64,000 nt of DNA, from assembly GCA_951406725.2 (NCBI GenBank), contig OX597814.1:167400001-167464000 (forward strand), in the 5' to 3' direction. The translations under genes and the position numbers were made by a program. The stretch is from Octopus vulgaris (lineage: Eukaryota). The first letter of the stretch is position 1, and every line of letters begins with the position of its first letter. This document shows positions 38,173 through 49,451 of this stretch, piece after piece. Below the pieces are notes generated by a model that was not told where the DNA came from, searched no databases, and saw only the letters and a list, made by a program, of their open reading frames with translations.

Positions 38173-38716
38173 AATAAGGTTCTTCTATGAAAGATGTTCA
38201 GATTAACTTCATTCCCTGATCCCACCAGTAATGAAAGACCTCATCACCAGCAGGACTATGTATTTGATTTCATACTATATCAGGTACATGTTTTGGAGGA
38301 ACCAACTATACTTTTGGATGGATCTGGCTCTTGTGATATAATAGAGCTTCAGGTGTTAATAACTTTTTTAATGGTATAAAGAGCTTGTTGTTCTAGCTAC
38401 CACCCTGACAACAGCTATAATGTAGGTGTGAATTTAAAACTGGTTTTGGAAGCATTAACTGTAACAAGCCATTGCACTATCCCAGTTAGATCAGAAGAAA
38501 AAATCTGCTGCTAGGTCCACTGTGAGATGTCTTAGACATGAAACTGTAAAGTGTGGTATCATTAACAAATATTACCTGTCAAATAAATTATTGGCAAACA
38601 CCGGGAAGAGAAGAATTTGCAGGCCAGCTCCTTGAAGATTTCATAGATTTCATAAAATGTCAAGGAATGACAGCAAGCTTCAAACTTCTCAAGAATGAAT
38701 AGTAAACAGCAAATTA

Positions 38717-38918
38717 TTGTATACAGTGCTCAGGTGCACCACAACTTGTCAGAAAGTGCATATAAAGTACATGCAGTAATGTAAAAATGTCTGGAAAGCG
38801 AACAATGTATGAGTCAGATACATGCCTGTGTGTGTATGGAGGGAGAAAATCAGGTGTAGTTTTGGCGAATCTCAGAAAGCATGGAAGTTTTGAAGGATGC
38901 AGTGCTCCGACAACTAAC
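38717..38918 (-). mobile_element. 5'-truncated LINE 3' end (CR1/L2-like)
   Basis: Minus strand VSCRSTASFKTSMLSEIRQNYT* then 3' UTR; flanked by an exact 34-bp direct repeat (38683-38716, 38919-38952). Confidence 0.75.
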
Positions 38919-38938
38919 AACTTCTCAAGAATGAATAG

Positions 38939-39266
38939 TAAACAGCAAATTAAACATTAACTTCACTAGATACAAATTTTTCTAACTGTAAAAATTAAAT
39001 TGCTTTATTTTTTGATATTTGCCTTGTCAATCTATCTTTGTTATTTCTTCTTGTAGGGTGTTTTGTATTTATGGGACATTTTTCAAGATCAGCTGAAAAG
39101 GCAAATAAAAGTCAGCCATACGGATCAAGCAGCTTTTATTCGTTTTGTCCAAGTCTTTGACCACACTGTTGTATGTGATTATGGCAATGAACTTCGTGTT
39201 ATCAACTTTCCTACAATTACCCTTATTTTTTACCAAAATTTCTTCGGGTTCCTGTTTCCGATATAG
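38939..39266 (+). pseudogene. SCAP: Duplicated SCAP last intron end plus exon 25 (exon copy 39057-39218, frame open to a stop at 39266): pseudo-exon or alternative last exon
   Basis: Direct copy of ~35312-35589. Two substitutions in the exon part; 5 substitutions and a 2-nt indel in the intron part. Acceptor intact. Confidence 0.9.
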
Positions 39267-40403
39267 GAGACTAGGATTTTGCCAAAAAACACGTTTCCAA
39301 AATGTTAATAATCCTAATCCTCCCCACCCAAAATTTTAAATCTTTTACTTTTTTTGAAAATTATTTTTAATCCACGTAGAAAAATAGAGATTATGAATCT
39401 TTAAAAATTAAAAAAAAAATTTTTTCTTAAAGAAACACCCTTCTCTAACCCCGCCCATCACCTCCTAATGTTTTACTTTTTAGCTTTTTTGAAAGCGGGG
39501 AAAATTTTCCAGAAATAATGTCGCTTAGCTGTTGTTTCTAGCATGTCGGGATTTCTGGTAAAGGTCTGATATTTTTGACGTCTGCTATTTCAGTAGAATT
39601 CTACACATGCGTGAAACATCAGACCAAAGTGAAACGTTTTTAGTTTTTATTTTTTGAAAGTGGGGAGGTGATAGGTGGAGGTGGAAAGAGCATTGAGTGT
39701 TTCTTAAAGAAAAATTAAAATTAAAAAAATAAAATGGTTAATGTTTACATCTTGACCCGGAAATGCAAATCCAAAAAAAACCCAAAAAAAACCACGGGAA
39801 TGGGTATGAAACAATGTGCAAGAAACGAATATGAAAAAAAAAATGCGCGCAAGGCAACGAGAGGGTGGAGAGAGGACTTCGAAAAATTCACAAGATCCAA
39901 CCTTTTCCCCTCATAACTTTTAAGAAAATGGGATTTTTTTCAATGAAATTTTATAGGAATACCTTTCAAACGGCATACATTACGATTATAAAAAAATTCG
40001 TGAGGAAAATCTTTTACAAGGGGTGTGGGAGAGGACTTTGGAAAGTTCACTAAATCTAAGTTTTTCCCTCATAAGTTTTAGGAAAATAGATATTTTGCAA
40101 TGAAATTTTATAGAAATACCTTTGAAACGGCATACATTACGATTATAAAGTAATTTGTGGGGAAAATCTTGAGGTGGGGAGAGGACTTTCGGAAAATTCC
40201 CAAGATCCGAATTTTTCCTCGTTATATTCCGAAATCACATTCAACTTTCTACAGTTACCCTAGCGTAGTACTACTACACTACGTAGTGTTTATTTCTACC
40301 CACTTTCTATAATTTTTAGTGTTTGGTTTCAAATTTTGTTTAATTTTCAATTATTTTTACGCTTTTTTAACACTTCGTTGTTATTCTCCTTCACTCGTTA
40401 TTA

Positions 40404-40493
<90 letters not shown>

Positions 40494-40910
40494 CACACAC
40501 ACACATATATATATACACACATACATATATACACACGCACACACACATATATATACACACACACATATATATACAGTTATGAGGGAAAAGGGATCTTTTC
40601 GGTTTGTCATTGAAAAAAACCTTATTTTCCTAAAAGTTATGAGGGGAAAAGCTCGGATCTTGTGAATTTTCCGAAGTCCTGTCCTCACCCTCCCGTTGCT
40701 TTGCGCGCATTTTTTTTTTTTTCATATTCGTTTCCTGCACATTGTTTTACACCCATTCCAGTATATATATATATATATATATATATGTTGTATACTTCAC
40801 AACAGACGTACAGATCCACGTATATATTGAGATCGAACGCCTCGACAGCTAAGCTGTCGGGCGTTCATCTACTAACGTGTGTACCTTTAGATTGACACCC
40901 ATTCGCTCCA

Positions 40911-40984
<74 letters not shown>

Positions 40985-41218
40985 CATTTCCGTATCAAGA
41001 TGTAAACATTAAACCAAAAAATTACCAGATTCGTTATCTCTGTATTTTTCTACTGGAGTAAAAAAAAAAATCGAAAAAAGTTAAAAAGTAAGAAATTGGG
41101 GGGGGGGGGTAATACTTTGAAAACGTAATTTTGGGGCAAAATATTCTTCTATATTGAAAACATATAAATCCGAAAAAAATTTTGATAGTAAAAAACCCAC
41201 GGAAAACAGGTGGTGTAC
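39219..41218. mobile_element. ~2 kb foldback-like element with nested inverted arms and internal tandem subrepeats
   Basis: 39225-39400 is an imperfect reverse complement of 41028-41200, and 39740-39945 of 40608-40760 plus 40984-41010; two to three ~150-bp tandem units at 39865-40220. Confidence 0.75.
40405..40575. repeat. Compound microsatellite (CT)n(AT)n(AC)n; further (AT)n at 40910-40980, (ATT)n at 45013-45061, (AT)n at 6268-6296 and 34517-34650
   Basis: Directly visible. Confidence 0.95.
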
Positions 41219-41572
41219 ACATTCTTTACCTCTGTCATGCTCGTCGACGCACTCTAATCACAGGTTTATGTTTATGCCCTGTCATTCTGCCCTCTTTTTT
41301 TTACGTTACTACAACAAAGTCGTCTGCTTTCCGAAGCTGATTGATCGGCTGTCTCTTCCATTCAGACACTCTCGATTTACTTTCCTCATCTCGCCACCTG
41401 TATGGTGCTCTTCTCTTTGCAAGCCATATATTAAACAATTTTGCAAGTCCTTTATTCCCAGAAAGTTAGTCCTTTCTAATTCTTTCACTGCATATGTTTT
41501 TTTCTACAGCCGTCAAACAGAAACATCAATCACATCGATCTCACAGGCCTCAGGGAGTCTTCGGTGACTATA

Positions 41573-41807
41573 GGGCGACGAGCTGGCAGAATCGTTAGCA
41601 CGCCTGCCGAAATGCTTAGCAGTATTTCGTCTGCCGCTACGTTCTGAGTTCAAATTCCGCCGAGGTCGACTTTGCCTTTCATCCTTTCGGGGTCGATTAA
41701 ATAAATGCCAGTCACGCACTGGGGTCGATATAATCGACTTAATCCGTTTGTCTGTCCTTGTTTGTCCTCTCTGTGTTTAACCCCTTGTGGGTAGTAAAGA
41801 AATAGGT
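41573..41807 (+). mobile_element. tRNA-derived SINE, same family
   Basis: Near-identical to 37953-38172. Confidence 0.9.
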
Positions 41808-42469
41808 ACAGACCCTTCTTCTAGATCAACTATTATCCCTTCCTTTTCAGTTTGGGTACTTCTTGCAAGTCGAGCCGGTGGATCGCTTCAACGTCTGCTC
41901 CTTACGTTTTGGGTTTAAAATCCTGCTGTGGGTTAATTTACTGTTTTAAGTTTACCGTTTTAACCTTCTGTGTTTTATAAAATGATTTACTAGTCTAATA
42001 CTGGGGTTGATTGAATATTATTATAAGCGATCATGTAGATATTATATGCACCACTTAGACTTTTGTCAACCAGCAGTTATTATGAAAGTGATGTCTTTAA
42101 ACTTGCATATTGATAGACATTGTTTATTACTTTCAGTAATATAATCATTAGTTTTTTTAATAATGAAAATGAAGACAAATCATCAAGACATTATTTAAAA
42201 CAGTAATCAATCTAAAGAACTAACAACAAAAACAAGTGAACTTTTATAGATTCCCTTTCAAATGAAAACCTAAGTCGAAAGAACCAGAATAGTGAACTGG
42301 CAAAATCGTGAGAGAGCCGGACAAAATACCTTGATATATCTCTTCCAGCTCGTTATGTCCTAATGAAAAACGAGAAGACAGAGGTGACTATGTTACGCTC
42401 CCATATCAGTTCGTCGAACGGATTTATTTACAGAGAGTGGACGGATTAACTTTTCAGGGGAAACTAATT

Positions 42470-42569
42470 TGGGGTGTAACCGGTAGCTACTTCTCCGGTG
42501 TTGTGTGCACATGCGTGTAAGGTAAATGTTAACAAGTTGGAAGCAGGCGACACTTACCATAGACTTTCA
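42470..42569 (+). promoter_or_regulatory. ASCC3: Candidate ASCC3 promoter and non-coding first exon
   Basis: Locally CpG-retaining unique DNA with an NRF1-like GTGCACATGCGT motif and CCGGT motifs, ending at a CA|GTAAGT donor (42570). The ASCC3 ATG sits directly after an acceptor, so an upstream exon is required. Confidence 0.5.
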
Positions 42570-43631
42570 GTAAGTTGGATAATATTTTAAAAATACAGCT
42601 TTTTGCCGAATATTTGCTTATATTTTTTCATTATTTTATTTTTCTTTGATTGTCAGGAATAGTTGTCTTTAGTTTTGAAGTGATAATATGAAGACTTGAA
42701 AAATATGTTAACTTTTTTCTCTTAATTTCTGTTTGATTTTTACTTTTTACACGTAAAAACATTTGGCAAAGATATTTCCCCGAAGGAAATATTTTTTCCA
42801 AATCTTATGTCTTCATTTCTGTATAATTCTTTAAAAACAAATTTTTTTCTACAATCAGAATTTCTTTATTAAACAGTAATTCAGTAAAAAATGAAACAAA
42901 AAAACAGTATAATTTACAAAAGTAAAAAGTAATGGAAGAATGAAAAATGAAAAGAAAAAGAAGATTTAAAAGAAAATGGAAATCAGCAAATAGATAATCA
43001 AAATAGCGGCATACACACTTCTTCAGCAATATTTCACTCCATGAAAACTTGTGTTTTCTGAAAAAAACTTGGGACCCTCTCCACGGCATTACTATTGACG
43101 ATTGTTGACATAATGTTAAGTTTCTCATCAAAAAGAAAAACATTAACTTTGCTAGTAAATAATTTCATGTAATACAACAACAACAATAATAATCATTATT
43201 CCTAGTATAAGCACAAGGCCCAAAATTTGTGGGGATGGATTAGTTGATGTAATCGACGGTGATAACCGGTTGGTACTTTATTTTAGCGATCCCTAAAAGA
43301 TGAAGGGTAATGTTGACCTCAGTGGGATGTGAACTCGGGACGTAGAGAGCGGGAATAAGTACCGCAGGGTGTTTTGCCCGACTCTCTAACCATTCTCCTA
43401 AACCATTGTTTTGGTTCTGCCAACGAATCATTTGGAAGGGAAGCTGTGAAAGTTTACCACTTGTTTTTGTGGTTAATTCTTTAGATAATCTGTCTTAACT
43501 GACATTATTAAAAAAAAAAAGTAATTGTATTACTAAGAATGATAAATAATGTCTATTTTATGAAAATAATACACTAAAACTCGAAGATATGAAAACAGTG
43601 ATTTGTTACCATTTCATACTTTGGATATAAA

Positions 43632-43865
43632 TCGGTGGTTCTCAACCCGGGTCCATTCAAGATTTTAAAATTTATCGGCAATAAATTAGTTATACTTCTA
43701 CAATATACAAAATATCATTACAAATTTTTAAATAATATTTAATTATAAAAGTTTTTAATAATATTTACTTATAAAACTATAAAAGGATTTTTTAAACATC
43801 GAATGGCCAGGAGGTTCTATCCGAGTAAAATAGGAATCAAAGGGGGTCCACAGTTAAAAAATGTT
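43632..43865. mobile_element. Truncated hAT-like MITE
   Basis: CGGTGGTTCTCAACCCGGGTCCA start and GGGGGTCCACAG subterminal motif. Confidence 0.5.
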
Positions 43866-44099
43866 TTCAGAAATAGTATTAATAACATAAGGTTTCGTTT
43901 TGCTTCTATGGAACCCACATTTATTCGAAGAAAAAATAGGTTTATTTTCCATTTTCATTTTGCCATGTCTCTTATCAAGTAAAACTGAAAACTGATGACC
44001 CATACAAACTAAACAACTATTGCACCATTTGTTCAACGATAAACGATTTTATAGGTTAGGCTTTTCTTAATCTAACCATTTACCTAATGCATTTGAGTT

Positions 44100-44610
44100 T
44101 TACAAACTGCACAAGAACTCCGGTTCATTTAACAGAAGGAAACGAACCTATTTCTATGTCCCGTTAATAGCTTTTCGAAAGGGAAGTGAAAAGACGAACA
44201 CCTTACAGTGAAAGATTCTGAGCGGTCGCACTGCTTTCTGGAAATAGCAGCCAAGTCTCCCTCAAATTACACTACCGTCTGAAACAGCTGTGGGCAACCT
44301 ACGGCCTACGGAATTTTCTAAATGGTACGTCTAACAAAAAAATTATCTTAAATTTTTTTAGTGGTGCGTTTGCCTGATGATGATCCATGTTTCATGCGAC
44401 CCTCTTAAGATTGTCCATATCTAGTCAAAAAAAAAAAAATGAATAAATAAAATAAAAAAAAGAACATAAATTATAAAATAGTCCTAGACACGAAGCACAC
44501 ATTCGTCACCTCTGCCAACAACGTTAGGGGGGAAGAAAATATAAGTTAACGGGACATAAAAATAAGTTCGTTTCCTTCTGTTAAACCTGAGTTCTTGTGC
44601 AGTTAGTGAG
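44100..44610. mobile_element. Element with ~65-bp inverted repeats and a nested small hAT-like MITE (44284-44422)
   Basis: AACTGCACAAGAACTC...AACAGAAGGAAACGAAC-TATTT-TATGTCCCGTTAA (44105-44166) versus its reverse complement at 44546-44604. Confidence 0.7.
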
Positions 44611-45009
44611 AACACGTTTGGTCGTAGCATCTGGGGCAGCTAGGGTGCTCGATCTGCTGCAAACCTCCCTCAAATCGCAACTTACTGCCTAGATATGATA
44701 TAAGACAGGATGGTCACGGTTGGAACTCCCTTGGTCGCAGGTCTTGATCAGAGCCGACTTGGGTTATCAACAGCTGAATCACTAATTCAACATGTCAAAA
44801 GCCCCTACCTCTATTGTACGTTTACAGCTTGATCGTAACTGATTCTGCGAAATACTTTTTCTGTCTTTCCTTTTTTTTTTTTTAATGTTCTCGTTAAACC
44901 AGTCATATAGTTGAGGACCCTATGTGGAAACCAAAACAAATTGTGCTGAGAGACGAGTCGTGTAAAATACATAATAATCTTCTAAAATACATAACATATA
45001 GTTTCATTG

Positions 45010-45061
<52 letters not shown>

Positions 45062-45579
45062 CTTTTACAATAGTGCATATTACAATGTATATTATTTTCG
45101 CTTTGCAACATTAATAATAACATTCCGATCCAAAAACTGATTACTCAGTGTAATAATTAAATTGGTAATTACTACGACTTGCAATTTGGCTTAATATAAA
45201 AGTTTTTCAGTTTCACAAAAACTTTCAGTTTGTGGTGGCTACTGTATACATTATGAGGTGGAAAATTATCTTACAGACGCACTTTTAAATTTATGTGTAT
45301 ATGTGTCTGTGTTGAACAATTTTTCATCTAAATGTAACTAGTTCTGTAAAGAATGAATTAGAAACGTTTGAGTAATTTAAATATAAAACCTGAGCACAGC
45401 TGTATTTTTAATAAAAAAGACTGTTTAGGTAACAAATAGATGTATATAAAAACTTAAATGAAACCAAAGCAATTTATATCAGGAAGTTAGGAGGAATAGA
45501 ACTTAGTGGAATATATATAGGCAACATTTTGACACGCTTGCTTTCATCGAAAGATCGCCATACAAATACACACACTTTA

Positions 45580-45707
45580 TATTTTTAATCGATAAAAGTT
45601 ACAAAGTGACTCAGAGGCCAAGAGTTTCGTGCGTGACACGTTTAATGAAGTGCTATGCATGAAACTCGGTCCTTGAGTCACTTTGTAACTTCTGCCGATT
45701 AAAAATA
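45580..45707. repeat. Inverted repeat built from two hammerhead-like 3' halves
   Basis: Both strands read GCA(C/T)GAAACTC...GAGTCACTTTGTAACTT. Confidence 0.7.
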
Positions 45708-45858
45708 ATTAAAAGAATATTAGAAAGTAACTACATTCCTTCTTTCGCAATCAAGCTAAACTGAAAAACTTCTAAACCAAAACCAAGTCTTGTTTTAATG
45801 TTTATTAATTACACTCGACGAACTATGAATAACCTTTTGTATTTATTCTGTCGGTATG

Positions 45859-46284
45859 GGATCTTTTCGGTTTGAACGGCAGTTTTTAACATAATTTCTA
45901 GGTAACTAAAAAATGTTAAACTTCGTATCCTGGTAGAACGTGTTTATAAAACATATTTTTCTCTTGGCTTTATTGAGAAAATTCTATAGTTTGTAAGATA
46001 TTTGTTATTTTTTTTCTTCAATTTCTGCAATTTCAACCAATCAGTGACGTCTATCGAGGTAAAAAAAAATATTCTGTGCCGTATGAATATGTCCCTCGTT
46101 TAAGAAACAGATTGGGTTTATTTACATTTGTGAAGAAAAAAGATACCCTCCCCTTAACCAACCCTAACTATCCCTAACCCTAACACAGATTGAAATGCAA
46201 TAGATCGATACTAGGGTCATAATTATGGGTGACAATTTCATATGACACCACTAGAAAAAACTGCCGTTCAAACCGAAGAGATCC
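45859..46284. mobile_element. MITE with 29-bp TIR GGATCTTTTCGGTTTGAACGGCAGTTTTT and 8-bp TSD (Merlin-like)
   Basis: TIRs with one mismatch; exact TSD TCGGTATG at 45851-45858 and 46285-46292. Confidence 0.9.
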
Positions 46285-47699
46285 TCGGTATGTTCTCCCG
46301 CCATATACAGGTATCAATGTTTTAAAATATAAACGATTTAGAGTTGAAATCTTTTACATTTACTGCAGCTCAAGTTTTAAATATTAAATGTTTTTCCGGT
46401 GACTTTAACTGGTATATAAAAAAAAAAATCACTACCTAACATATGTCTGTGGCACGTAAAAAGCACCCAGCACACTCTATATAGTGGTTGGCGTTAGGAA
46501 GGGCATCCAGCCATAGAAACCATACTATAACAGACTATTGGGGTCTGGACAGCTCCCCAGCTGGCCAGTTCCTGTCAAGCCGTCCAACCCATGCCAGCAT
46601 GGAAAATGGATGTTAAACGATGATGATGACTAATTAATGTATGAAGTAGACATCAGCTATCTTATCGACTCCTGCATAACGTCCAAAAAGATACTGCAAA
46701 GCCAATAAAATTGTACGAGCTTTTAATAAATAGTTGTTGTTTAGCTTGAGTCAACCCTGATCAATGGGATTTGTAGTCAAAGCCATCCTATCTTTCTTTA
46801 TATCAAAACATTCTCCTATGTAACTTTTACTGAAGATGTTAAGCTATGACCTTAAAAGTAATGGCTTCCAGGTAGATTTGGCTCCTACTTTTAGCTGGTC
46901 AGGCAACTGTATGGAGGTTCTGTTAATTGGCCATTTAAACTCCTTAACCAAATTTAGGTGAAATTGTTAAGAATTTTGGCCCCAGCATCAATAGATCAAA
47001 TGGCTGCATTTTCAGCAGATCAAGTATTAGCATTAGTGTGGTACTAAAACTATGATTCTAAATTCTTTGGTCGACATACTTGATATAAATAAGATGCAAT
47101 GAATGGATTAGACATGAACTTTGCATCCCCAGCACTGTAAATTGTGTAGAACAGTAATTCTGAATAAAAAAAAGCACTGGCACAAAGTCGATAAGACTCT
47201 TCAGCTGTACTGCAGAGGTTCTTAACATGAGCAGTACCACCTCCAAGGGTGCTGTAACTACAATCTTATTTGGCTTGACAGTTCTTCGCAAGCACAGTAT
47301 ATTGCCAAGGTTCTCAGTCACTTGTCACTGCCTCTCGTCACATTGTCACTTATTTCTCTAACACATATATATATATATATAACATATGTGTGTGTATATA
47401 TATATATATATTTCTGATGACTGGATAACTGAAGAGATGGCGGCGTGGTTTTCCACCTTGGCATCCGAAACTCTCGTCTAAATTCGCTAGCTTACAGTAT
47501 GGCCACCCTCCCACCCCCTCCACCAGTACCGGAATTTCCTATCCTCTTGTCTCCCATGAACACTTCTAAAAGCTTAACGCCATCCCCACCCCTACCTAGG
47601 ATTTATCGATCATATAGTGCATAAAAATGATTATGTAGTGTAGCATATTGAAGGCTATTGTTTGTTTATGAATTCTGCCAAATGTGAGCTTTCTTTTCA

Positions 47700-48465
47700 G
47701 GTACATGATACTGCTGTCCCCCATCCCAGGGTCTCACACACCTCCCACACCCTCTTTCTTTGAAACCTCGTTTAGTGCAAGTGAACCATCATCCATGCGG
47801 ACACATTTCTCTCCTACAACACCACCATTCTCTCTCACACTGTCTTGCAACATGAAATAAAATTTGGTCCTCACGGCACAGGACATTGTCAAATTTTTTC
47901 TTATCTGCTTCCCCTCAGGCTAAATAAACCTGTCTCCTAGCTTCCCTTCTGGCAGTCTGATACAATTCCCTGCTACCACCGTTCCTCCAGTACTATTTCT
48001 TTTCCCTAATAGCTCTCTCAACAACATTGTTCCACCACCATGTTACCTTGGGTCAAGAGGGGACTTTGCACCATCCACAGATCTGGTCAGTGTCCCTCAA
48101 CAGGTTGTTCTGTAGAAAACTCCAGTTGTCTTCTACATCATGTGATGCTGTATCTCCTTCTATTTCATCAAAGGCTTTGAGTAATGCATCTCTAAATCTC
48201 TGTCCATTCACAGGATCTTTAAGCATCCAGACCCTTGTTCCTCCATGCTGATCGTCTTCTGGGCATCCATTTAGCCCTGATCCTGAAGTCGCTAACTACT
48301 AGTCTATGTTGTGGGGTACATTCTTCGCCTGGGAGGGTTTTGGCATTTCTAAGCAGCCATCTTTCCCTTTTTCTGGCAAGAATGTAGTCACTTGGGTGTA
48401 TAGGAAGTCAGGTCAGGATGTTCAAGGACATCCCAGTGTCAAGTTTAACAGTTGTCTAGCAGAGT
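47700..48465 (-). mobile_element. RTE LINE fragment (endonuclease end to linker)
   Basis: Frameshifted translation includes EECTPQHRLVVSDF, TWWWNNVVERAIREK, VARQCVRENGGVVGEKCVRMDDGSL. Confidence 0.85.
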
Positions 48466-48469
48466 CTAC

Positions 48470-49062
48470 ACTGTACCTACCAACCAGCATGTGCACCTTC
48501 TCCTCCATGATGTTTTCAGCCCACAAAGCTTTCGAGACATAGCAAATGTTAACAGTGAATTATGTGACACTTTCCGGGAAGCCTGCTTCAGGCATGGACT
48601 TTTCGAGGACAATTCACAATAGGGCGCCACTATGGCAGAGGGCGTTTTGTTAAAATCCCTTAAAACACTAAGATCGCTTTTCACTATTCTACTCCTATGG
48701 TACGATTTGAGTGATCTCACCTCTTTATGGCTTACCTACAAAGATTACATGTCTGAAGATTTCCTGCATCAGGCTCAGTTGCTAAATCCATCAATGGAGA
48801 TCGGGTACAGTGACCTTATTTATAATGGTGCTGCTTGAAATCGAAAATACTGTTCTTAATATGGGCAGTAGTGCATTGGCGGTGTATGGCCTACCTTCAA
48901 CAAACTGGGAATGTGCAAGCACACTGTCTTCAGATTTGCTGCATGACACATTATAATCTTGACAAGCTTGCCCAGTACATAGCGGAGAATGAGCTAAAAC
49001 TCCTTCCACAACTGAAGTTTGCTTACAATTCTGTCCAGGACAAAGCTGGGGAGATCTTTAAG
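48470..49062 (+). mobile_element. Helitron RepHel fragment (linker between Rep and PIF1 helicase)
   Basis: LLHDVFSPQSFRDIANVNSELCDTFREACFRHGLFEDNSQ*...LRSLFTILL...LWLTYKDYMSEDFLH...YGLPS...YIAENELKLLPQ, typical of RepHel; contains a stop and frameshifts. Confidence 0.85.
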
Positions 49063-49195
49063 CATATTTCTAAAGATTTGCTTGTCATTTATTATACAGA
49101 CAATAAATTAACTATTCTTTGTAAATATAAATTAGAAAACATGCATTATTTGATTAATTCATTTTACTGATTGAAAACAATTTCATTTTAAACAG

Positions 49196-49451
49196 ATGGC
49201 TTCCGTTGCCTGTGATACTCTTCCACGGCTGAGTAGTGCATTGCGAGCCTTCTCCAATGTATCAGCTGAAGTATCTGCATATGATAAAAGAAACAGAGAA
49301 CTATTCAACAAAAGGCTCCGAAGGGCCAAAGAACAGAATGAAGAAGAAAGTTGGTCCAAGCTGGTTACTGTTATAAAGAAAAATGCCATTGTTGACCAAG
49401 CAGAATTGCAAGTATCTTTAAAAGAGCTGAAAGACAGAGCAAAAGATATTG
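49196..49451 (+). CDS. ASCC3: ASCC3 coding exon 1
   Basis: AACAG|ATG; MASVACDTLPRLSSALRAFSNVS; donor GTAAAT at 49452. Confidence 0.93.

Noticed and set aside
40319-40688. ORFs with YI/TH/RE dipeptide runs
   Set aside because: Translations of microsatellites.
42551-42562. Minus-strand ATG|GTAAGTG donor suggesting an antisense gene at the ASCC3 promoter
   Set aside because: No supporting minus-strand coding exons were recognised downstream; a single motif is insufficient.
42805-43143. 112-aa hydrophobic ORF and the many other 60-120 aa ORFs in the track
   Set aside because: Low-complexity F/L/I/K translations of AT-rich non-coding DNA or repeats, with no splice-consistent partners.
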